Assembly (NCBI RefSeq): GCF_032444005.1
Contig: NC_091289.1
Coordinates: forward strand, 205,034,001 to 205,098,000
Length of the DNA stretch: 64,000 nt
From: Ranitomeya imitator
Lineage: Eukaryota
Direction: 5' to 3'
Positions 34,670-46,545 of the stretch are shown here, piece after piece (position 1 is the first letter of the stretch; each line of letters opens with the position of its first letter). A program made the position numbers and the translations under genes. The notes under the pieces are model-generated. The model did not search any database. It saw only the letters and a list, made by a program, of their open reading frames with translations, and had not been told where the DNA came from.

Positions 34670-36330
34670 ATCAGGCCATTATACTATATGGAGCAATATG
34701 TGGGCTCATTATACAGTATAGAGCACTGCATATAGCCATTATACAGTATGGAGCACTACATATGACTATTATACAGTATGGAGCATCATATGGGGCCATT
34801 ATACAGTATGGAGCACTACATATGACTATTATACAGTATGGAGCATCATATGGGGCCATTATACAGTATGCAGCATTATGTATAGCCATTATACTGTATG
34901 GAGCACTATGTAGGGTCCATTATACAGTATGGAGCATCATGTGTGGCCTTTACACAGTATGGAGCATCATGTGTGGCCATTATACAGTATGGAGGATCAT
35001 GTGCGGCCATTATACTGTATGGAGCATCATGTGTGGCCATTATACAGTATGGAGCACTATGTGGGGCCATTATATAGTATGGAGCATCATGTGCGGCCAT
35101 TATACAGTATGGAACATCATGTGTGGCCATTATACAGTATGGAGCATGATGTGTGGCCATTATACAGTATTGAGCATCATGTGCGGCCATTATACAGTAT
35201 TGAGCATCATGTGCGGCCATTATACAGTATGGAGCATCATGTGCGGTCATTATACAGTATGGAGCATCATGTGTGGTCATTATACAGTATGGAGCACTAT
35301 GTGGGGCCATTATATAGTATGGAGCATCATGTGCGGCCATTATACAGTATGGAGCATCATGTGTGGCCTTTACACAGTATTGAGCATCATGTGTGGCCAT
35401 TATACAGTATGGAGCATCATGTGTGGCCATTATACAGTATGGAGCACTATGTGGGGCCATTATATAGTATGGAGCATCATGTGTGGCCATTATACAGTAT
35501 GGAGCACTATGTGGGGCCATTATACAGTATGGAGCATCATGTGCGGTCATTATACAGTATGGAGCACCATGTGTGGTCATTATACAGTATGGAGCATCAT
35601 GTGCGGCCATTATACAGTATGGAGCATCATGTGCGGCCATTATACAGTATGGAGCATCATGTGTGGCCTTTACACAGTATGGAGCATCATGTGTGGCCAT
35701 TATACAGTATGGAGCACTATGTGGGGCCATTATATAGTATGGAGCATCATGTGTGGCCATTATACAGTATGGAGCACTATGTGGGGCCATTATATAGTAT
35801 GGAGCATCATGTGTGGCCATTATACAGTATGGAGCATCATGTGTGGTCATTATACAGTATGGAGCATCATGTGTGGCCATTATACAGTATTCAGCTCTAT
35901 GTTGGCCAATATACATTATGGAGCATCATATAGGGCTTTTATATTGTATTGAGCATCATGCAGCGCCATGATACTGTATTCAGCACTATGTGGGGCCATA
36001 ATACTGTATGGAGCGTCATGTAGGGCCATTATACTGTATGGAGCATGATGTGGGGCCATTGTACAGTATGGAGCACTGTGTGGCCATTATACTGAATGGA
36101 ACACCACATGGGGCCTTTACACTGTATGGATCACTATGTGGGGCCATTACTGTATGGAATTCAATACAGGGCCCTGTGATACTGTATGAAGCACTATGTG
36201 GGGCCTATTACACTGTATGCAGGACTATGTGGGGCCCATTGTACTGTATGAAGGACTATGTGGATCCATTGTACTGTATGGAGGATTTTTTGTGCCTACT
36301 ATACTGTATGAAGAGCTGTGTGGGGAGTAC
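34670..36330. repeat. 30-bp minisatellite (tatacagtatggagcatcatgtgtggccat)n
   Basis: Homogeneous tandem core ~34920-35890 with degenerate edges. Confidence 0.95.
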
Positions 36331-37435
36331 AGTTGAAGAATCACACTGTGGTGGGGTCACCATTCTTTGTTGGGGGAATTGAGGGAGGGGTGCAGTAGGG
36401 TCATCATACAGTGCGTCTGGAACAATTCACTGTTAGGGTATCATACAGTGTGTGGGAGCACTTTTGTTTCTATCATACTTTATTATCTATCCAACAAAAA
36501 GAAATGAAGAAACGGCACCCCCGTGATACTATTTGTATCGTGGATCCGTAAGTTAGACCAACGTGCAGTTTTGCAAAATGTCGGGTAGTAGGTGCTCAGC
36601 ACAAGTCAATGAGTAAATTAAATGGAAATAGAAGAGAAAATGCGGCACTCACCCTTTTACATTGATATCGTAGTCTTTATTGCACCATAAAAGGTTTAAA
36701 CTACTGTATATACTCGAGTATAAGCCGAGATTTTCAGCCCATTTTTTGGGGTTGAAAGTCCCTTTCTCGGCTTATACTCGAGTCATACCCAGGGGTCGGC
36801 AGGGGAGGGGGAGCGGAGGCTGCCTAATTATACTCACCTACTCCTGTTGCAGTCCCTGCAGGTCCCTGCTTCCCCGACGCCGCAGCTTCTTCCTGTACTG
36901 AGCGGTCACATGGTACCGCTCATTACAGTAATGAATATGCAGCTCCACCTCCCATAGGGGTGGAGCCGCATATTCATTACTGTAATGAGCGGTAACGGTG
37001 TCCGTTCAATACAGGAAGAAGCTGCGGTGCCGGGGAAGCAGGGACTGCACAGCGCCAGGAGCAGGTGAGTATAATGGGGTGGGGAGCACTGCACTGCACG
37101 ATATTCACCTGCTCCCCGTTCCGGCGCCGCTCCGTCTTCAGTATCTTCTGCAGTGCTGCTCAGGTCAGGGGGCGCGGTGACGTTAGTGCGCACCCTCTTC
37201 CTGAATGTCAGTGCAGAAGACGCTGAAGATGGAGCGGCGCCGGAATGAGGAGCAGGTGAATATTGAAAGTGCCGGGGGCCTGAGCGACGGAAAGGTGAGT
37301 ATGTGATTTTTTTTTTTATCGCAGCAACAGCAAATGGGGCAAGTGTCTGTATGGAGCATCTTATGGGGCCATAATCAACATTTGTGCAGCATTATATTGT
37401 GCAAATGTGTCTATGGAGCATCTTATGGGGCCATT

Positions 37436-38205
37436 TGTTATGATCTGGTGACCTTGGAGCAGCATGAAAACTTTCACTGGAGTAGGTGGTAACTATACTG
37501 ACCGCAAACCCTGATCTTAACATCGCAACTAGAAGTAGCTGTGGGGTGTACCTAACAAATCCTAGACACCTCGACACAGCCGGAGGACTAAATTCCCCTA
37601 TAGATGGAAATAGGAATTCTACCTTGCCTCAGAGCAGAACCCCAAAGGATAGGCAGCCCCCCACAAATATTGGCTGTGAGTAGGAAAGGAAAAGACACAC
37701 GCAGGCAGAAAACAGGATTTAGCAAAAGAGGCCACTCTAGCTAAAATAGGAAAGGATAGGACAGAATACTAGGCGGTCAGTATTATAATCCTTCCCAAAA
37801 ATATCCACAGCAGAAAATACAAAAACGCCACCATCTAACTAAAGATGTGGAGCGTATATCTGCAACTCCAGAGAATCCAACAAGACTGAGAAAACACTGA
37901 TACAGTCTAAGCTGGACAAGAGAAAAACAAATGAATAGCACAAAATATAAGCACACAGCCTGTGTGCCACAGAAAAAGAAACAGACACTTATCTCTGCTG
38001 AATTGGCAGCTAAGGAGAAGCCAGAAAGAGATCCAACTCTTCACAAGAAACATTGACAACTGGCAAGGACTAATGAATCCTGCACACCTAAATATCCCAG
38101 TCAAAACTGCAATCAGCAGATACACCTGGCCAGGACTGCGACTCAGAGACAACTGCATTCCCACCTACAACCACCAAAGGGAGCCCAAAAGCAGAATTCA
38201 CAACA
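37436..38205 (-). mobile_element. Solo LTR, chromoviral family related to 19102
   Basis: Minus strand starts tgttgtgaattctg and ends cataaca; 6-bp TSD gccatt. Confidence 0.9.
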
Positions 38206-38334
38206 GCCATTATTAACCTTTATGCAGGATTGTATGGGGTATATTTTAATATGGAGCATCTTATGGGGTCATCATAAACTGTATGGAGCATTATATGGGG
38301 CTCCTGATTCAATATGGATATTCAGAAACACTTA

Positions 38335-39072
38335 GGCTGGTTTCACACTTGCGTTTTAAAATGCATGCGTTTTTTTAAAAAAACGCATGGTGAAAAAACG
38401 CATGTAAACGCGTGCAAACGCCGTTTTTTTGACGCATGCGTTTTTGCACGTGGTGAAAAAAACGTGGCGTTTTAACGCGTTTACATGCGTTTTTTCATGT
38501 GTTTGGGTTTTTTCAACGCATGCAGATAAATGTGTGACAGCTGCCAATCATCAAAATAAAGTAAAAAACCCACTATAAACAGAAAGAGCTAGGGTTAGGG
38601 GTAGGGTTAGGGGTAGGGATCCTAACCCTAACCCTAAAGGGATCCTAACCCTAACCTAACCCTAAAGGGATCCTAACCCTAACCCTACCCCTACCCCTAA
38701 CCCTACCCTTAAAGGGATTAGGGTTAGGGGTAGGGTTAGGGGTAGGGTTAGGGGTAGGATCCCTTTATCAATTTTATGGTGGGGGGTGGTTTATCAGTGT
38801 GGTTTTTTTTTGTTTTGTTTTTTAAACACATGCATTTACATAGACAGCAATGCATTTTTTTGCCGCAAAAATAACGCATGTTAAATACTACATGTTGCAT
38901 TTCTGCAACACAATGCATGCAGAAAAAAACGCATGCGTTGCAAAAACGCGTCAAAACGCATCCAAAAAAACGCATGCGTTTTTAATGTTAAATATAGGGG
39001 GAAAAACACATGCGTTTTATTGCGTTTTTTACCACAAAAACGCAAAAAAAAAACGCAAATGTGAAACCACCC
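38335..39072. mobile_element. Harbinger-type MITE with an internal telomere-like palindrome
   Basis: TIRs ggctggtttcaca / tgtgaaaccaccc; TTA and TAA flanks; TTAGGG-like and CCCTAA-like blocks at 38590-38762. Confidence 0.8.
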
Positions 39073-39427
39073 TAAACCTACTGATGTCTTGGCAGGTTGT
39101 TCGAGAGGTGCGGGGAGAAGAAGGTGGACTTCTTCTCCCCGCACCCCTCGAACAACCTGCCGTTCCCATGAACTGAATTAGTTTAAACCTTTTATGGTGC
39201 AATAAAGACTACGATATCAATGCAAAAGGGTGAGTGCCTCATTTTCTCTTCTATTTCTATACTTTATTATCTGTTTTATTCAAGATTTTTATCCTTTGCT
39301 ATTACATATTTAAATTAGGCCATTGGGCCTTTGCTTTTTTACTGCTGTTCCATAACATATTATATTATTCCACTATAATTCCAAAAGTTTATCATTATAT
39401 TTAATAAGGAAAAACTTCCTCAATTTT

Positions 39428-39934
39428 TTCATAACATTATGGACATGAAATTACTTGTATTGAAAGGAAACTTCAAATCGCAGAAAGACAGGAGAGTCTG
39501 GGAATATAAACTGATGACGACCTTTGACACTCTTAATGCAGGAATGAATGTGTCACATGGATTTATGTCTTTTTACATCAACTAAGGAACTTGCCCCTCA
39601 GACCATGAAGGGTCATTACAACAGAGACCCTAATCACAGGACAATAAAACAATCCTTATCTAAGAGCTGGCCCAATATTTATGGACGTAACTGTTTATCA
39701 CCCATGGTAATTCTGCTTCATGTCACCTGGCTTATCCATGGTTTTTCTTTCCCCTCCTTTTTTTTTTTTTTTTCCCTATACTATGTTGTGCATAAATATG
39801 TGATTCTTCAGAATTTGTTTTAGTCTTTGCCTGATGAAGAGACCTGTGTAGTCTCGAAAGCTGCAATTTGTTACCATCTTTTCAGTTAGCCATTAAAAGG
39901 TATCAACCACTGAGGACTCTCAATTCTAAATATT
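39428..39934 (+). mobile_element. 5'-truncated Penelope-like retroelement (GIY-YIG C-terminus + pseudo-LTR with hammerhead)
   Basis: HNIMDMKLLVLKGNFKSQKDRRVWEYKLMTTFDTLNAGMN...*; CTGATGA-aGAGACctgtgtaGTCTC-GAAAG at 39831-39860; 12-bp TSD ttcctcaatttt. Confidence 0.8.
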
Positions 39935-40245
39935 TTCCTCAATTTTAGACATTTTTTTTACAAATAGCACAGTTGACATTGTCAGTCCTCTATTCTTCTC
40001 AAGAATCGACCTCCAGCACATTCGGTGGCAGGTATATTAGGCTTGGAGTGAAGGGCTGACAAGCTCTTTGCTATAGATCCTGTAGCACGCTAATGTACAA
40101 GTTGGTTTTCTAATCTAAAACCTCAGTATTCAGGTAAATTGCCATGTTGGTACTTTACGATAAATAAGTGGGTTTTGGATTGCAGTTTGAGCACTTGGTC
40201 TCTAAAAGGTTCACCATCACTGGCCTATGGTGATGGGCAGAAGTT

Positions 40246-40935
40246 TGTCAAGGGACCTCCCACCACCCCCACCCAGAGACAGAACATTGGATGTGTCACT
40301 ACACAGCTGTGACCCGAAATCAGGGCATCCTTTCCTGTCCCTGACACTAGGTGGTGCCCTTGCTCGCCCTACTCTCCGGGTTACTTCTGAAGGTGAAGAT
40401 GCTGGGCCGCCACACTTGCCTTATATCTTGAGTTAGCCCTCTGTCTGGTTTCCTCTCCCACCCAGGGAATAGGGGCACCACCACAGTACACCAACCCGAC
40501 AAACAAGGCAACACAAACTAGGGTTATCAGAAAACATCAGGCATACAAATATTCACTCATATATAACAGAGGAGTGGAGGATGGGGAAAAAAACTAAGTA
40601 GAGGAGGGAAAGGAATTACCACACTTACAAACCATGCAACAGTCACCAATAATTCCACCACAACTCCTTCTCATATGAACTCCTCTCCTCCTAAGCCATG
40701 CAGCAAATGCTAGCTTTCACAGGAATTTGAATCAGGAGCCAGATTATAAAGGGAACGGGAGTGGCTAACTGAGCTCAGCTGAGAGCTCAGGGTTTTCCAA
40801 CATGGCCGATTAACCCCAGTTCTGCCAAAAGGAATAAACACCATTAAATTGGAGGAGAAGTGCTTCTTCTTGTAAGAGGCTCTAAGGACTGGTACTCGCC
40901 CCAACCCTTTAAGAACCAACCCGGTTCTCTTTGAA
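40246..40935. mobile_element. Probable solo or truncated Gypsy LTR
   Basis: Starts TGTCA inside the Gmr1 protease region; right end unclear. Confidence 0.4.
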
Positions 40936-41622
40936 AGATGTGGATGTTTTATAATTACTGATATGTTCATCTGTGCTGCAATGTTGATGCCACTTTATGT
41001 GCTGTTGTACAATGTGGATTACTTTGTTATTTGTTATAGGGAAAGAGTAGTACTGTAGTTTAGGGTAAGTGCAGTACCCCAGGGCGGACACTAGATGGGG
41101 GTACATTAGTGAACATAGTTAACATGGGAGGAGCTAGCTGTGGGTAAGACAAGAGTATTTCCTGGTTATAGTTCAGTTAAGACAGGGAGTTGGTACAGCT
41201 CAGAGAGGCCAGGGAGCCCCAGGCATCCTGAAGGGCTTAAGAACCTGGGACAGTGCAGCAGCACCGCAACATTTGGAGAAAAGGGCCCAGCTATCCAGTG
41301 CCAGTGGGTCAGAGAGATAAAGACTGGGAATTGCATCAGGATACATGCGCAGGACTTAGTCCCAAAAGCGTCTGCTTGCCGCTGCCCAGCACTGGCTTCA
41401 ATGGCAGAAGATGGAAAAGCAGCAGTAACTCTTTGCACAGAGTGAGACCGAGCAAGATGCTAGGACCGATGTCTCCGCTGAGCAGGCTCCACTGCGGCAG
41501 GAGAAGAATGGGAGACCGCAGCGGAGATGGCTCGAGATTCCCCCTGTGCAGAGGCAGGATCTCGACCCCCAACACATACCACATACATACCACATACATA
41601 CAACATACATATTACATACAAT

Positions 41623-42898
41623 TAGTGTTGAGCGATACCTTCCGATACCCAGAAGTATCGGTATCAGATTATATCGGCCGATATCCAAAAAATATCGGAT
41701 ATCGCCGATACCAATACCAATGCAAGTCAATGGGACACAAATATCGGAACGTAAATAAGCCCTTTCTGTCCTTCTATATGCTGTTCTGGAGGGGGGAAGA
41801 GTGTGGGCGGTGCGTGGGCGGACACTGTGAGTGTTAGTGTGTGCGGGCCTGCCGGGGATCTGTACGTGCCTAACGGGGCTCTATGTGGTGTGCCAGGGAT
41901 CTATGCGGGCTGCTCGGGCTCTATACGGGGTGCAGGGGCTCTGTGCGTGTGTGCAGGCATCGTCCGATGGGACTACAAGTCCCATCGGATGATGCCTGCT
42001 ACACTGACAGTGATTAACACATTAACCAATGATGGGACAGTAGTAGTCCCATCATCCGGCTAATGTGTTGAATGAAAAAAAAAAAAACTCCATATAAAGT
42101 ACATACATATAGACATACAGTACATTAAACATAGAGTTCATACTCACCATTACTTGTTACTTTGTTTCCCGAAGCAAGTGTCAATCTGTAATAAAGATTA
42201 AAATAACAAACAATCAATATACTCCCTCTCCGCAAAAATCCACGAGTGTCCCACGACGATCTCCCGTGGAGAGCAGCAGCATCAAAAGATGCGACCGCTC
42301 TCCAGGGGCCCCAGAAACACAATGACTGGAGGAAGGTATTCCTCCGCCGCTGTAAAAAAATAGTCCCTAGTCTCACTTATGGCATTGCTGGGTGAGATAT
42401 TTTCCAATGCAGCAATTGCCATAAAGTAAGACTTAGAAGTTTACTAACCTCAGTGATGCACTGCAGGAGCCATTGTCTCCTGTCAGTGTGTCACTGAGGG
42501 TCCTATAGAGCAGTGACATCACCCGATGTGACTGTTCTATAGGGGAGATCGTCATGGGACCCTCGTTATTAATTGGACTACGGCGGACAGGTAGTATGCG
42601 GTTTATTATTTTACATTTTTCGCAGGCTCTGAAGTATGGTAAGTATGGTTAAATGAAGAATATTAAAATACTTTTTTCCTAATGTGTGCATGTTTTATTA
42701 ACCTGTTTTATTAACCCTTTCTTACTATTGGATTAATAATGGATAGGCGTCTTATTGACGCCTCTCCGTTATTAACCCGGCTTAATGTCATCTTACAATA
42801 GCAAGGTGACATTAACCCCTTATTACCCCATATCCCACCGCTACACGGGAGTGGGAAGAGAGGGGCTAAGTGCCGGAGTTGGCGCATCTTACAGATGT
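41623..42898. mobile_element. Truncated non-autonomous TIR element (TAGTGTTGAGCG terminus)
   Basis: Terminus related to 46235 and 62912; internal palindromes (gatacc...ggtatc). Confidence 0.5.
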
Positions 42899-44726
42899 AC
42901 TGCTATGTACTTGCTATTGGGCATGCTGCAGCGAGGGCGATATAACTACTCCCACACAGGCGAGAACAATAATTATCAATGCCGCCGTTGCTATAAAGAT
43001 TCCCAATTGCACAGAACAAAGTATGCTGCCACCAGCTCAGATTCCACCAAAGGTTAACGGGTCCAGAGCCAACCTAAATCAGTAGCGTAATTCACCTCAG
43101 AGGATGCGACAGTTCATTCATAGAGCAGGAAGAGACAGCTAGTAAATTATATATTTTACTCCATAAAATGTTAGGCAGTGTTTACAAAGTATAAAAGTTA
43201 TTACAAAGAAGACAAAAGCATGTGTACATTGCATGTTACAAAAAATAGAATTAACATTGAAAAGAGATCACTTACAGGTTGTTTAGATCATTTCAGCTTG
43301 TGGCTGGCCGTGTGCTATGGAGAAGAAAGGGCTTCCATATATCCAAATGCATGAGCACAGCCATGCCGAGCTGCTGTTAGCTCGCTTCCTGGACCAAAAA
43401 CTACAAAACTAACTCCCAACTCAGCAGGGGTGAAGATATGCCCTCTGTCGTGACATCACTAAGTGGGCTGAGTAATGATATGCACTCCTGCTTTCTCAGA
43501 ATTTATGTCTTTGAGTCCCCAGACAAAGGCATTCCTAGGGTTGGTAAGGGGAGGGGAACGAGTGGATTTACAGGATTGGTCGCCTGCAGTTTAAAAGCCA
43601 CACCCTGCTCACACATTAGTATCAAGTTGCACAGTGTCTCTGCCATAGGACTTTGCTTGTGGTATGAACTAATGCATGGGGGGAGAAAGAGGGGTCGAAG
43701 CTGCAGTGTGTGTGTGCATAGAAAGCCATGTAACCTTCTGAACCTAAACTCACAATATGACATTTTTGGCATTATCGTGACACCACCGCTCACACCATTA
43801 TATCATGGACCGGGGTTATTTGGCCGGCCCCGATTCTTTTCTGAAGGGGATTTATCTGTATCCCATTTCCAAGTTTTGGGTTGGCACTTGCAGCTCTCTG
43901 GTGCCCCCTTACCTCCAGGTCAGACAGGGTACTGCACCTCGGATAATTAGTCACCAGGAAGGCTACCTTACTATCTACTGGCTAATGGGCACACTGCAGC
44001 GAGGGCAATATATCTACTCCCACTCAGGCGGGAGCAATAATTATCTCTGTCCGTTGCTACCAATTTTCCCAATGGCTCAGAACACTTTCCGCTGCCACAA
44101 GCTACTATTCCTGAATTGGTAATGGGTCAGGAGCCAACCCAATTAGTAGCGTAATTTACTTCAGAGGACATGACTGTACGTTATAGAGCAAGGAGAAACA
44201 AAGCTAGTAATTTTCTATATTTTACTCCAAAAGGTAGGCAGGGTTTACAAAAGGGTAAAAAGATATTATAAAAGAAGACAAGTATCGTATGTACAGACAA
44301 TTACAAAAATAACAGGGATTAAAGGTGAAAATCAACTTACAGTTCTTTCATGTCATTTAATTGTATGCCATGCGGTGGCGGGGGAGGGGGACCTTCCCAA
44401 AATCATCAGGTCAGATTGCACAGCCTGTTGTCGCTGAATCCACTGGCAAAAGACCCCTTGTCTGCGCCTAAGGGTCTTCCCCCTGGATGACCTTTGCAAG
44501 GGCAAAGAAACCGTGTTTTTTTCCATGTGCTTCTACTTTGTTCTTTCAGTTTAGGCCATAAACTACTCAGTGAGGGCTGCTGGCATGCTGGTCTCACATA
44601 TATATACAGTATATGTATAGCCGGGGAGAGGGAGGGGGGAGTGAAATCGCACACAGGCACATGCAGGCAACTGAGAGCACTGTATGCGTAATTGAAATAA
44701 TAAGAAATTCTTCATGTTTCCTGACA
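42899..44726 (-). mobile_element. Two Gmr1-family LTRs head-to-tail (42899-43782, truncated; 43783-44726)
   Basis: The LTR core occurs twice; ends tcgtgaca and tttcctgaca, the latter matching the end at 6347. Confidence 0.75.
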
Positions 44727-45882
44727 CCAGTATATTGCTGTGCCTCCTCCTTGCACTTTAATTGTTGTGTATTATTTGGATTGATCATTTTGATGGTGTG
44801 ACCATAACTGGTCTTTTGTATCCCTTGCCTTGCACCTCCCACTTTTTGTGGCACATTTTTGAGATTTTTTTAATATATTAATTACACTGATTGATCACAT
44901 CACTAGCACTTTTTATCATTAATTTTTGACTATTTTAATATACATCTATGAATTTAATAAATTGTTTGGATTGCACAACTGAGGAATTTTTCTAAATAGG
45001 GTAATCGGGTCTGCTGTTTTATATCTGGTTTGTTATATATAATATAATATCTATATATATATGTGTGTGTTGTTCTTTTCATGATACGTGCACAACTTTT
45101 TATTTTATTATCTTGCCATTTCTACCTAATAAAGGCATTTTATTACCTACTTCCAGCTTGATATTCTTTTGGCTATCCATGGTTTTTGGCTGGTCTCTTA
45201 CTTTAGTGGTATCCACTGTCTTTCATAGAACACCGTGGCTATTGATTTAATTTACGTGTATATATTTTTTACATTTTTTTATATATACACATTTTCTTCT
45301 AATATTTTGACTATTGTCTCTGGTGTGTCTGTGTTTTAACTTGCCCAATGCTGTGGTTAAACTCCCCATGCGTCTTCCTCTGGTATCATCTCCAATGGAT
45401 CTAGACAGGGTGTCCTCTCTCTCCCCGGGTGTCTGTCATCTGTATAGAGCGCTTGGCTTCCAAAATAAGGAATAACCCAGATATCCAGGGCATTAAGGTA
45501 CGGGAGAGAGCGTTCAAGTTGTCTCTATTTGCGGGTCATAGTCTCCTCACCAACCCACTCATTTCCCTCCCAACCTTCAATCTACCTTGACAGAATATGG
45601 ACGACTCTCAGGGTACAAGGTAACGAATTCAAAGACTGAAGCTCTCCCAATGAACTTACCGGGTGCAATGGTGGATGCACTGAGATCAAAGTTTAAATTT
45701 ACATGAAAGGACACCACAACTAAATATTTGGGTATTTCCCTGACTGGCTCTTATGACTCCCTTTATAGGCATAATTTCCCAGCTTTCCTTCAAGAGATTA
45801 ATGGGTTACTTTCTAGATGGTCTAAACTTCCTCTCTCACTTTTTGGTAGAGCAAAATTGTTAAAGATGTCTATTGGTTCTTA

Positions 45883-46227
45883 TTATGGTATAGGATCTAC
45901 TTGGCACGCTCTAGTGAGTCTGATGCAGCAAGGTGTTTAATACAATACGTAGAGTAGTGGATACCGCGTCTCATTCCTCCTCTCCAGCTTGATCGGCTGG
46001 TTATAGGGTTTATACTATATACCCTCCTCCGCTTAGCTTTCGAGCACACTGATGAAGGTCCTTGCAGACCGAAACGTGTTTGAGCATTGTGAATACTGTA
46101 TGTATTGTATTAAACACTTTGTTGCATCAGACTCACTAGAGTGTACCAAGTATATCCTATGCCATATTCTAAGGTCTGGGCGCCTACTTTTAGGCACCTT
46201 CACCCTTGGGCTGTGCTGACTTTACTG
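45883..46227 (+). mobile_element. Penelope-like fragment with hammerhead core
   Basis: CTGATGA-aGGTCcttgcaGACC-GAAAC at 46049-46075; the target duplication tattggttctta is interrupted on the right by a MITE. Confidence 0.65.
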
Positions 46228-46234
46228 TATTGGT

Positions 46235-46545
46235 TAGTGATGGGCGAGTGTACTCGTTGCTCAGGTTTTCCAGAGCATGCTCAGGTGATCTCCGAGTATT
46301 TGTTAGTGCTCGGAGATTAAGTTTTCATCGCCTCAGCATCATGATTTACAGCTATTAGCCAGCTTGATTACATGTGGGGATTCTCTAGCAACCAGGCAAC
46401 CCCCACATGTACTCAGCCTGGCTAGTAGCTGTAAATCATTCAGCTGCCGCAATGAAAACTTAATCTCCGAACACTAACAAATACTCGGAGGACACCCGAG
46501 TGTGCTCAGGAAAACCCGAGCAGCGAGTATACTCGCTCATCACTA
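46235..46545. mobile_element. MITE with TAGTGATG(A/G)GCGAG termini
   Basis: Long imperfect inverted arms; only a 2-bp (gt) duplication is apparent, so the superfamily is uncertain. Confidence 0.75.

Larger units (their letters stand above)
36704..39090. mobile_element. Tigger/pogo-like non-autonomous DNA element (right end missing)
   Basis: Begins after TA with ctgtatatactcgagtataagccgag; no matching right TIR seen. Confidence 0.5.
36489..39258. mobile_element. Penelope-like inverted-arm insertion with nested elements
   Basis: 14-bp direct repeat atactttattatct (36475-36488, 39259-39272); ~36620-36703 is inverted at ~39180-39258. Confidence 0.55.
34333..40222. mobile_element. Non-autonomous hAT element hosting a minisatellite and nested insertions
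   Basis: TIRs cagtggtggcgaacc / ggttcaccatcactg; 8-bp flanks gcctataa / gcctatgg (6/8 match). Confidence 0.75.
28200..40245 (-). mobile_element. Gmr1-like element 2 (protease, integrase, RT remnants), fragmented by Tc1, L2 and hAT insertions
   Basis: CDTGAEMTLVQPELV protease (~34270-34320, continuing at 40223-40245); integrase HPQTNGL...FNGALKEML (32400-32900); RT MLKLGVIQPS and plus-strand ccatccgctgaaaagtggcagg (28200-28610). Confidence 0.75.

Noticed and set aside
34762-35952. Long ORFs of 334-396 aa on both strands
   Set aside because: Products of the 30-bp minisatellite; open in several frames and on both strands, with no domain content.
38590-38762. Ancestral chromosome fusion site
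   Set aside because: The arrays are short, degenerate and enclosed by MITE TIRs.
44727-45340. AT-rich segment resembling a retroelement tail
   Set aside because: No diagnostic motif, TSD or ORF could be identified.
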